Made by a program: the position numbers and the translations under genes
Shown here: positions 1 through 7,302 of the stretch, one piece after another
Position numbering within the stretch: the first letter of the stretch is position 1
Layout: the number at the start of each line of letters is the position of its first letter
NCBI RefSeq assembly: GCF_018531425.1
Contig: NZ_JAHBOI010000006.1
Coordinates: 149,911-173,910, forward strand
Direction: 5' to 3'
Length of the DNA stretch: 24,000 bases
Source: Paenarthrobacter sp. DKR-5
GTDB lineage: Bacteria > Actinomycetota > Actinomycetes > Actinomycetales > Micrococcaceae
The notes under the pieces: model-generated
Databases searched by the model: none
What the model was told of the DNA's origin: nothing
The model's input: only the letters and a program-made list of their open reading frames with translations

Positions 1-231
1 GTTGACAGGACCGAGGAAGCAGTGCGGCTGCTCCCGGGCGTCGACGCCGTGCACACGGTAAGGCTTCGCTGGCTGGGGCACCGGCTGCACGCGAACCTCA
101 CGGTGGTGACGGACCCTGGGATGAGCGTCAGCGCCCTCCACGAGCTCGAACATGCGGCCGACGGGGCGCTCCGCCGCGCTCTGCCGGGCCTGGATTCCGT
201 CACCCTCAATCCCGTTCCGTCCGGCCACTGA
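1..231 (+). CDS. Cation diffusion facilitator (CDF) family transporter, C-terminal cytoplasmic domain only; the 5' end lies outside the window
   Basis: Frame 1 is open from base 1 to TGA at 229-231. The translation VDRTEEAVRLLPGVDAVHTVRLRWLGHRLHANLTVVTDPGMSVSALHELEHAADGALRRALPGL resembles the CDF C-terminal dimerisation domain (VxxVHxLRxRxxGhrlxxxxxvxVd..ls..eaHei). GC3 is high. Confidence 0.7.
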   Translation, partial: VDRTEEAVRLLPGVDAVHTVRLRWLGHRLHANLTVVTDPGMSVSALHELEHAADGALRRALPGLDSVTLNPVPSGH

Positions 232-291
232 TTATAATTTTGCGAAAACAACCGTGATGCAGATGTTTGCGTAAGGGCAACGTTTATCTGC

Positions 292-319
292 GAATTCCAG
301 CCAAATTTGGGCTGAATTC
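292..319 (+). terminator. Hairpin 61 nt after the CDF stop; possible factor-independent terminator without a U-tract
   Basis: GAATTC(C)AGCC-aaatttg-GGCTGAATTC: a 10-bp stem with one bulged C and a 7-nt loop. No T-run follows, so terminator function is uncertain. Confidence 0.25.
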
Positions 320-527
320 AGCGCCATTCAGCCCACCTACGCGCAGGACGTCAGCCAAGGTATCCGCCGCGCGAAAAAGCGGCGCGCCGAATTGACTAGT
401 GGGGGCCGGAATCTGGTGATATCTTTCACCTGAACACCGAGCGCGGAAAAGCATGACGGGATTGGTCTCCACGTCATGTCGCGGCAGGGTGTTCTTCTAA
501 ATATGAAACGGTCTTGGGGGTCTCAAC

Positions 528-1346
528 GTGAATCAAGCCGAGCGCAACCGCTTGGTTGTCGACAACCTGCCCTTGGTAGGTTATCTAGTCGCCGAAGTAT
601 GTGCCAAAGCATCTCATCTGTCCCGCGACGATCTGGCTTCCGCCGGGGCGCTGGCCTTGGTTACGTGCGCTGAGTCGTACAACCCGGAGCTGGGGATCCC
701 CTTCGGCGCCTTCGCGCGGCGCCGGATCATCGGGGCGTTCGCGGACGAGATGCGCGCCAGCGACTGGGCCACCAGGTCGGTCCGCCGCCGGATCAAAGAG
801 ACGCTGGTCGTGCAGGAGGCGCTCACGGGTGCACTCGGCCGGACCCCCTCTGTTGACGAGATCGCGGCGGCACTGGGAGTGGACCGCAGCGTTGCGGATG
901 AAGCCCTGACGGACGCCGCTCGCAGCGTCACCCCGCTGGATCACGCAACGACCGAGTACCTGGCCGCGGATGTGGCGACGCCGGAGGGCTCGGTGCTGGA
1001 TGCCGAGCGGCTCGGCTACCTGCGCGAGGCCGTGGCGGCGCTGCCGGAGAAGATGCGCTACATCGTCGAGCAGATCTATTTCGAGGACCGCACGGTCAAG
1101 GAAATCGCCGCAGAGCTCGGATCCACTCACTCGGCAGTGTCCCAGCAGCGCGCGGAAGCGATCCGGCTCATGCAGGATGGGTTCAGTGCGCACTACTCGG
1201 ACGAGCCCGGCACGGACCGGGCGCCGCAGTCCCGGATCGCTCCGCTGCGCCGCAACGCCTATCTCGCCGCAGTCGCAGAGCACACGCTCGGCGGCATCAC
1301 CCGGGTGGTCAGGGCTGTCGAGCCGGTGTTGAATTCCGCCTCCTGA
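528..1346 (+). CDS. fliA: Group-3 sigma factor of the FliA/WhiG (sigma-28) type
   Basis: GTG start preceded by GGGGG. FGAFARRRIIGAFADEMRASDWATRSVRRRIKE parallels E. coli FliA [26 protein letters not shown]. The region 4.2 HTH is TVKEIAAELGSTHSAVSQQRAEAIRLM. About 50 aa follow region 4.2. Confidence 0.85.
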   Translation: MNQAERNRLVVDNLPLVGYLVAEVCAKASHLSRDDLASAGALALVTCAESYNPELGIPFGAFARRRIIGAFADEMRASDWATRSVRRRIKETLVVQEALTGALGRTPSVDEIAAALGVDRSVADEALTDAARSVTPLDHATTEYLAADVATPEGSVLDAERLGYLREAVAALPEKMRYIVEQIYFEDRTVKEIAAELGSTHSAVSQQRAEAIRLMQDGFSAHYSDEPGTDRAPQSRIAPLRRNAYLAAVAEHTLGGITRVVRAVEPVLNSAS

Positions 1347-1399
1347 CCGGCCCACGCCGGCACATCAACTGGGATTCGGACACAAGGTAGGCTCAAAGA

Positions 1400-1690
1400 G
1401 TGCTGGTACTGACACGCAAAATTGGCGAGAAGCTGTTGATCGGCGAGGACATCGTCGTGACCGTTCTCGATGTGCGGGGCGACAACATCCGCCTGGGAAT
1501 CGACGCCCCCCGCGGCGTCACCATCCAGCGCAGCGAAGTGATCGAAGCCGTCTCCAATGCCAACCTTGCCGCGGCCCAGGCCGCGCCCGGGGCTGAGGAA
1601 GAGCTCAAGAACCTTCTCGGCCGCGTCGCCGCCGTCGACGCGCCGCGCCCCGGCGCTCCCGGTGCCGGCACCGCCGAAACCGGCAAGTAG
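1400..1690 (+). CDS. csrA: Carbon storage regulator CsrA (RNA-binding translational regulator) with a roughly 40-aa C-terminal extension
   Basis: GTG start with AAGGTAGG upstream. MLVLTRKIGEKLLIGEDIVVTVLDVRGDNIRLGIDAPRGVTIQRSEVI aligns along its length with E. coli CsrA [47 protein letters not shown]. Confidence 0.9.
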   Translation: MLVLTRKIGEKLLIGEDIVVTVLDVRGDNIRLGIDAPRGVTIQRSEVIEAVSNANLAAAQAAPGAEEELKNLLGRVAAVDAPRPGAPGAGTAETGK

Positions 1691-1951
1691 CCCCCGGAAG
1701 CCCCCGGCGCCCGGGCGCGGGCACGGGCGGTCCAAGCCCGGCGCGAGCTGGACCCGACAGTCGCCGCGTGGGCGCTGATGGGGATCGGCGAGCTGATCGG
1801 CATGCGCTGGGTGCTGTGGGAGGACCCGGAGCAGCCCGCCGCAGGCCCGCGTGAAATTCCGCCGCAGGTGTTTGAGGAAATGATGGGTTTTATCGAACGT
1901 GCCCTGGCCCCCGAAGGGGCGCAGGCCGGCAACATGGAGGAGAAGAAATGA
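1691..1951 (+). pseudogene. 3' remnant of a TetR-family regulator gene: C-terminal ligand/dimerisation domain only, no N-terminal HTH
   Basis: Open frame from just after the csrA TAG to TGA at 1949-1951. LDPTVAAWALMGIGELIGMRWVLWEDPEQ...IPPQVFEEMMGFIERAL is a typical TetR C-terminal pattern with high GC3. There is no room for the roughly 120 N-terminal residues, because csrA and the sigma gene occupy that space. The stop overlaps the hydrolase start (ATGA). Confidence 0.6.
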
Positions 1952-2904
1952 GCGCACAGCCGCAGACATCTGCCGGCGATACCCAGGGGCAGGGGCAGGG
2001 GCCGTACGCCGGCGCCGCCGACGAGGGCAGGTACCGCACGGCGGACGTGCCGGTCGAGGGCGGCGCACTGCGGGTCGGCATCTGGGACCCGGATTCCGGC
2101 GCCGAGCCGGCGCTGACGGTGCTGGCCATCCACGGCATCACCGCCTCGCACATGGCGTGGGTTGCGTTCGCCGAGTCAATGCCCGAGGCGCGGATCATTG
2201 CCCCGGACCTGCGCGGGCGCGCCCGGAGCAATGCGCTGCCGGGACCGTTCGGAATGCACACCCATGCCCAGGACGTGGCGGCCGTGCTGCGCGCCCTCGC
2301 CGGGCCGGAGCCCGTCGTCGTCGTGGGCCACTCGATGGGCGCCTTTGTCACGATGACGCTCGCCGGGAAGTACCCGGAGCTGGTCGCGTCCATGGTGCTG
2401 GTGGACGGCGGCCTGCCGCTGGAACTGCCGGAAGGCATCTCCGGGGAGGACGTCATGAACTCGGTGCTCGGGCCCGCTGCGGCGCGGCTGAGCATGACCT
2501 TTGAAAGCCGGGCGGCCTACCGGGATTTCTGGCGCAAGCACCCGGCCTTTCAGGACTGGAACGAGGCCATTGCTGCCTATGTGGACTATGACCTCGAGGG
2601 CGCGGAGCCCGCGCTGCGGCCGTCCTCGAACATTGAGGCGATCGCGGCTGACGCCGGGGACCTGTCCATCGGTGCGGTCGTTGAGCAGGTGCTTGCTTCC
2701 CCGCCCGGGCCGATCAGCTTCCTGCGGGCACCGCGGGGACTGCTGAACGAGGAGCGGGCGCTCTACACCCCGGAATACCTGCAGCAGTGGATAGCCTCCG
2801 CACCCGCGATCCGCGCCGAGGACGTCGACGACGTGAACCACTACACGGTCATCATGAGCGACGCCGGCGTGGAGCGGGTGGCGGCGGCCGCGCGCCGGAG
2901 TTAA
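1948..2904 (+). CDS. Alpha/beta-fold hydrolase
   Basis: GGAGGAG SD 6 nt upstream of the ATG. Nucleophile elbow VVVGHSMGAFV. HGITASHMAW oxyanion region. Length of 318 aa is typical. Confidence 0.9.
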   Translation: MSAQPQTSAGDTQGQGQGPYAGAADEGRYRTADVPVEGGALRVGIWDPDSGAEPALTVLAIHGITASHMAWVAFAESMPEARIIAPDLRGRARSNALPGPFGMHTHAQDVAAVLRALAGPEPVVVVGHSMGAFVTMTLAGKYPELVASMVLVDGGLPLELPEGISGEDVMNSVLGPAAARLSMTFESRAAYRDFWRKHPAFQDWNEAIAAYVDYDLEGAEPALRPSSNIEAIAADAGDLSIGAVVEQVLASPPGPISFLRAPRGLLNEERALYTPEYLQQWIASAPAIRAEDVDDVNHYTVIMSDAGVERVAAAARRS

Positions 2905-2946
2905 GCTGCCGCGCGCTGGCGCTAAGCCGAAAAAAGTCAACAGTCT

Positions 2947-2960
2947 GTGCCAAATGGCAC
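2947..2960. promoter_or_regulatory. Perfect 6-2-6 palindrome GTGCCA-AA-TGGCAC; candidate operator or activator site
   Basis: Read directly from the sequence. It lies 7 bp upstream of the candidate -35 of the kinase promoter. It partly resembles a CRP/FNR-type site (TGTGcc-N4-ggCACt). Confidence 0.3.
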
Positions 2961-2966
2961 TACTCG

Positions 2967-2995
2967 TTGATGGCGCGCCGGGGAGTGGGTATGGT
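2967..2995 (+). promoter_or_regulatory. Candidate housekeeping-sigma promoter for the sensor kinase gene
   Basis: TTGATG (2967-2972), a 17-nt spacer, then TATGGT (2990-2995), in the only AT-richer stretch between the hydrolase and the kinase. Confidence 0.3.
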
Positions 2996-3129
2996 GACAG
3001 CACCAAGCAACTGACGGCCGACGGGTGCTGCAGGGCAGCGCAGCCCCGCGGCGGCGGCCGGGCACAGAAAACGGCTGGCGCGATAACCGTCGCGCGGCGC
3101 GAGGTCAGCCACACGACGAAGGGTCGGTT

Positions 3130-4920
3130 ATGGCTGCTGCCGGCGAAGGCCCCGACAAAGACAGGCCCGTCACGGACAAATCCGACACTGACAAGCCCGA
3201 CACTGACAAGCCCGACAAGGGCAGGCCCGGGAAAGACAGCGAGCGCAAGGTGCTTCTGCCGCTCTCCGGACCCCGGCTGGAACAGATGGTCCAGGACTTT
3301 GTCGCGCGCGCCGACGAGCTGATTCAGGCCCAGCAGCGCATGCAGTCGCTTCTCTCCGCCGTCGTCTCGCTCGCGGAGGATCTCAGCCTCGAAGCCGTCC
3401 TGGACCGCGTGGTGCACTCCGCCTGCCAGCTCATCGGCGCGCAGTTCGGCGCCCTCGGCGTGATCGGAGACCACGAGGAGCTCACGCACTTCATCACCGT
3501 CGGGATCGATGAGCACGAAGCGTCGCTGATCGGTGAGCTGCCGACCGGCAAGGGTGTTCTCGGGCACCTCATCCGGGAGCCGCGCCCGCTGCGGCTGCAT
3601 GATTTGACCCGGCATCCGAAGGCTGCCGGTTTCCCGCCCAATCATCCACCCATGCGGTCCTTCCTCGGCGTGCCGGTCATGGTCAGGGGAACCGTGTTCG
3701 GCAACCTTTACCTCACCGAGAAGCGCGGCGGGGAAGACTTCACCGAAGAGGATGAGGTGCTTGCCATCGCGCTCGCAGCGGCGGCCGGCGTAGCGATCGA
3801 GAATGCCCGACTGTACGAGGAGGCCCGACGCCGGCAGCGCTGGCTGGAGGCAGGGATGGATGTCAGCGGCCGCCTCATGGCCGCGAATCCGGAGGGAGCG
3901 GCCAGCGGCCTGGAACTGATCGCTGAACGCGCGCTGCGCGAATCCGAGTCCACCTTGGCGCTGATCGCCGTTCCGGAAGCGGGCGGCACGCTGCGCTGTG
4001 TGACCTCGGTGGGCACGCAGGCCCTGTCCGCCGGCCAGTCGGTGCCGGTGTCATCCCCGGTGATCGCGCGCGTGCAGGAGTCGGGGGAGTCCGAATCCGT
4101 CAGCGAAGCCGCCCAGCTCATCGGGGCGGGAGAGTCCGACAAGCTCGGCCCCGCGCTGGTCGCGTCGTTGCGGCACCAGGGCACCGAGGGCGGGGTCCTG
4201 GTGCTGGCCCGCGGGCGCGGCGCCATGACGTATTCACCGACCGATGTCGAGATGAGCGCGGTGTACTGCTCACGGGCGGCGCTGGCCCTGGAACTCGCCC
4301 GCGCCAACCGGCTCCGCGAGCAGGACGTGGTGTTCACCGACCGGGACCGAATCGCCCGGGACCTGCACGACGTCGTCATCCAGCGGCTTTTCGCAGCGGG
4401 ACTGAGCATGCAGAGCCTGCGCCGGTTCACCACCGACGGCGTCGCCCTGGAGCGCATCAACACCGTCACCGGCGAACTGGACAGCACCATCCGGGAGCTG
4501 CGCGACACCATCTACTCGCTGCGGCGCGGAGCCGGGTCGGAGGCATTCAGCTCCCGGATCCTGAGCACCGTGCAGGAGGTGACGAAGTCGCTTGCCCTCA
4601 CCCCCCATCTTGACCTCGCGGGGGAGATCGACACCGCAGTACCGGACGCCGTCGCCGAGCACCTGTTGGCGGTGTTGTCCGAGGGGCTGAGCAACGCGGT
4701 CAGGCATTCCGGGGCCACAGCCATCGATATCACCGTGGCGGAGGCCGCCGGCAGCGTCGAAGTGCTGATCACTGATGACGGTCGCGGCTTCAGCCGCCCC
4801 GCGCGGCGCAGCGGACTGGCCAACATCGAGCAGCGTGCCCGGATCCTTGGCGGCGAGCTGGCGGTGGACAGCCGCCCGGGCCACGGCACCCGGCTGAGAT
4901 GGACCGTGCCGCTAGGCTGA
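3130..4920 (+). CDS. GAF-GAF sensor histidine kinase (HisKA_3 + HATPase_c), DevS/DosS/DosT-like
   Basis: GAF signature GVLGHLIREPRPLRLHDLTRHPKAAGFPPNHPPMRSFLGVPVMVRGTVFGNLYLTEK. H-box DRDRIARDLHDVVIQRLFA. ATPase boxes LSNAVRHSGA and DDGRGF...GLANIEQRA. ATG 3130 was chosen over the track's GTG 3025 because the upstream stretch is Arg-rich with lower GC3, so the start is uncertain. Confidence 0.88.
   Translation: MAAAGEGPDKDRPVTDKSDTDKPDTDKPDKGRPGKDSERKVLLPLSGPRLEQMVQDFVARADELIQAQQRMQSLLSAVVSLAEDLSLEAVLDRVVHSACQLIGAQFGALGVIGDHEELTHFITVGIDEHEASLIGELPTGKGVLGHLIREPRPLRLHDLTRHPKAAGFPPNHPPMRSFLGVPVMVRGTVFGNLYLTEKRGGEDFTEEDEVLAIALAAAAGVAIENARLYEEARRRQRWLEAGMDVSGRLMAANPEGAASGLELIAERALRESESTLALIAVPEAGGTLRCVTSVGTQALSAGQSVPVSSPVIARVQESGESESVSEAAQLIGAGESDKLGPALVASLRHQGTEGGVLVLARGRGAMTYSPTDVEMSAVYCSRAALALELARANRLREQDVVFTDRDRIARDLHDVVIQRLFAAGLSMQSLRRFTTDGVALERINTVTGELDSTIRELRDTIYSLRRGAGSEAFSSRILSTVQEVTKSLALTPHLDLAGEIDTAVPDAVAEHLLAVLSEGLSNAVRHSGATAIDITVAEAAGSVEVLITDDGRGFSRPARRSGLANIEQRARILGGELAVDSRPGHGTRLRWTVPLG
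3182..3219 (+). repeat. In-frame 15-bp tandem repeat (2.5 copies) in the kinase N-terminal tail
   Basis: CCGACACTGACAAGC x2 followed by CCGACAAG; encodes DKSDTDKPDTDKPDKG. Confidence 0.85.
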
Positions 4921-4992
4921 CCGCCGCCCCACTGAAGCAGCGAACCGAGGAGTACACCCATCACGGATTCAACGGCACTAAGCCTGGCGGGC

Positions 4993-5340
4993 ATGGTGCT
5001 CGACGCCCCCGACGCCGGCGAGCTGGCGGCCTTTCACCAGCGTCTGCTGGGCTGGCCGTACGGTGCGAACGAACCCGGATGGGTGACGCTGCGGCCGCCG
5101 GCGGGCGGCGCGGGCCTGTCGTTCCAAAGCAACGACGGGTATGTCCGCCCGGTATGGCCGGCCACGGCCGGGAGCCAGCAGATGATGGCCCACCTGGATA
5201 TCGCCGTCGAGGACCTTGCGGGTGCCTCCGCGCACGCCCTTGCGGCGGGAGCTGCGCTCGCCGGCCACCAGCCCCAGGAGGACGTCCTGGTGCACCTTGA
5301 CCCGGCAGGACACCCGTTCTGCCTGTTCGTGCGCGCCTGA
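4993..5340 (+). CDS. VOC (glyoxalase/bleomycin-resistance/dioxygenase) family protein
   Basis: VLDAPDAGELAAFHQRLLGW...HLDIAVEDL...LVHLDPAGHPFCLF is the usual VOC beta-alpha-beta-beta-beta pattern. The frame is open back to 4936 but has no better start codon. Confidence 0.75.
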   Translation: MVLDAPDAGELAAFHQRLLGWPYGANEPGWVTLRPPAGGAGLSFQSNDGYVRPVWPATAGSQQMMAHLDIAVEDLAGASAHALAAGAALAGHQPQEDVLVHLDPAGHPFCLFVRA

Positions 5341-5406
5341 CGGGTGGGTCTGGCAGGGCCAGCCTTCTCCTTACGCGGACCCGCGGAGCCCTTATAGCCT
5401 CAAAGT

Positions 5407-6417
5407 ATGGAATTCAGATATCTAGGCAACAGCGGTTTCAAAGTTTCGGAAATCACCTACGGCAACTGGCTCACGCACGGCTCGCAGGTCGAGAACGACG
5501 TCGCCACCCAATGCGTGCGGGCAGCGCTCGACGCCGGCATCAGCACCTTCGACACAGCGGATGTCTACGCGAACACGGCCGCGGAATCCGTGCTCGGTGC
5601 CGCGCTCAAGGGCGAGCGGCGCCAGTCCCTGGAAATCTTCACCAAGGTCTTCGGCCCCACCGGACCGAAGGGCCACAACGACGTCGGGCTCTCCCGCAAG
5701 CACATCATGGAGTCCATCGACGGGTCGCTGCAGCGGCTGCAGACCGACTATGTGGACCTGTACCAGGCTCACCGCTTCGACTACGAAACCCCGCTGGAAG
5801 AAACCATGCAGGCGTTCGCCGACGTCGTGCGGCAGGGCAAGGCGCTGTACATCGGCGTCAGCGAATGGACGGCGGACCAGATCCGCCAGGGGGCAGCTCT
5901 GGCCAAGGACCTGGGCTTCCAGCTGATCTCCAATCAGCCGCAGTACTCGATGCTGTGGCGCGTGATCGAGTCCGAGGTGGTTCCGGTGTCCGAGGAGCTC
6001 GGGCTTTCGCAGATCGTCTGGTCCCCGATCGCGCAGGGTGTGCTCTCGGGCAAGTACAAGCCCGGCCAGGAGGCTCCCGCCGGCAGCCGCGCCACCGATG
6101 AAAAGGGCGGCGCGAACATGATCAAGCGCTGGATGTCCGAGGATGTCCTGGCCGGGGTGCAGAAGCTGGCTCCGGTTGCCGAGGAGGCCGGACTGGACAT
6201 GGCGCAGCTCGCTATTGCCTGGGTGCTGCAGAACAAGAACGTCGCCTCTGCGATCATCGGAGCCTCGCGTCCCGAACAGGTCGCCTCCAACGTCAAGGCG
6301 GCCGGGGTCACACTCGACGCCGGCATCATGGCCAAGATCGACGACGCGATCGGCTCCCTGGCCGAACGTGATCCGGCGAAAACCCACGACAGCTCGCCCA
6401 AGACCCGCGAAGCCTAA
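5407..6417 (+). CDS. Aldo/keto reductase (Kv-beta-like subgroup)
   Basis: MEFRYLGNSGFKVSEITYGNW, FDTADVYA, GLSRKHIMESIDGSLQRLQTDYVDLYQAHRFD and ALYIGVSEW are classic AKR motifs. Confidence 0.95.
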   Translation: MEFRYLGNSGFKVSEITYGNWLTHGSQVENDVATQCVRAALDAGISTFDTADVYANTAAESVLGAALKGERRQSLEIFTKVFGPTGPKGHNDVGLSRKHIMESIDGSLQRLQTDYVDLYQAHRFDYETPLEETMQAFADVVRQGKALYIGVSEWTADQIRQGAALAKDLGFQLISNQPQYSMLWRVIESEVVPVSEELGLSQIVWSPIAQGVLSGKYKPGQEAPAGSRATDEKGGANMIKRWMSEDVLAGVQKLAPVAEEAGLDMAQLAIAWVLQNKNVASAIIGASRPEQVASNVKAAGVTLDAGIMAKIDDAIGSLAERDPAKTHDSSPKTREA

Positions 6418-6426
6418 GGAGATCCA

Positions 6427-7281
6427 ATGAAGATTGCTGTTACCGGCGGGAGCGGAAAGCTCGGCCGCAGTGTTGTGAAGCGGCTGGCCGACGAAGGCCA
6501 CGACGTGATGAATTTCGACCGTTACGGGGAGCGCGCGCCGGGCTTCCTGCAGATTGACCTGAGCGACTACGGCCAGGTGCTGGACGCGATCCTCGGCGTG
6601 GACGACCGCCACTCCGGCTTTGACGCCGTCGTGCATCTGGGGGCCATTCCGGCGCCGGGGATCATTCCCGACGCGGCCACGTTCCACAACAACATGGTCT
6701 CCACCTACAACGTTTTCCAGGCCGCGCGCCGCGGGGGAATCAAGCGGATTGTCTACGCGTCCAGCGAGACGGTGCTCGGGCTGCCGTTCGACATCGACCC
6801 GCCCTACATCCCGGTCGACGAGGAGTACCCGGCGCGCCCGGAGAGCACCTACTCGCTGGTCAAGCACCTCGAGGAGCAGATGGCGATCCAGCTCACCCGC
6901 TGGGACCCTGAGCTGAGCATCACCGGCCTGCGCTTTTCGAACGTCATGGACCCGGAGGACTACGCAGCATTCCCCTCCTTCGATGCGGACGCCCTGAAGC
7001 GTAAATGGAACCTGTGGGGCTACATCGACGGACGGGACGGCGCCCAGGCGGTCCTCCGCGCGTTGGAGAACGCTCAGCCGGGCTTCGAGGCCTTCATCAT
7101 CGCGGCGGCGGACACGGTGATGAGCCGCTCGAGCGCGTCACTGGCAGCCGAGGTGTTCCCGAACGTCACGGTCACCAAGGAGGTCGGGGAACACGAAACC
7201 CTGCTCTCGATCGATAAGGCCAGGCGGCTGCTCGGGTACGAGCCCAAGCACAGCTGGCGGGACCACGCCGGTCAGGGCTGA
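6427..7281 (+). CDS. NAD-dependent epimerase/dehydratase family protein (extended SDR)
   Basis: AAGGAG SD. Rossmann motif VTGGSGKLG. Catalytic YSLVK. Starts 9 nt after the AKR stop, so probably co-transcribed. Confidence 0.9.
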   Translation: MKIAVTGGSGKLGRSVVKRLADEGHDVMNFDRYGERAPGFLQIDLSDYGQVLDAILGVDDRHSGFDAVVHLGAIPAPGIIPDAATFHNNMVSTYNVFQAARRGGIKRIVYASSETVLGLPFDIDPPYIPVDEEYPARPESTYSLVKHLEEQMAIQLTRWDPELSITGLRFSNVMDPEDYAAFPSFDADALKRKWNLWGYIDGRDGAQAVLRALENAQPGFEAFIIAAADTVMSRSSASLAAEVFPNVTVTKEVGEHETLLSIDKARRLLGYEPKHSWRDHAGQG

Positions 7282-7302
7282 CCTGCCCTGACGTCCGGTC
7301 CC

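Noticed and set aside
284-472. A 62-aa minus-strand ORF in the spacer upstream of the sigma factor gene.
   Set aside because: No SD, low GC3 and no recognisable motif. The region reads better as a non-coding promoter/leader.
3025-3129. The GTG start at 3025 given by the ORF track for the sensor kinase.
   Set aside because: The extra 35 codons (MLQGSAAPRRRPGTENGWRDNRRAARGQPHDEGSV) are Arg-rich with lower GC3 and no SD. ATG 3130 has GAAGGG upstream. This remains an uncertainty rather than a firm exclusion.
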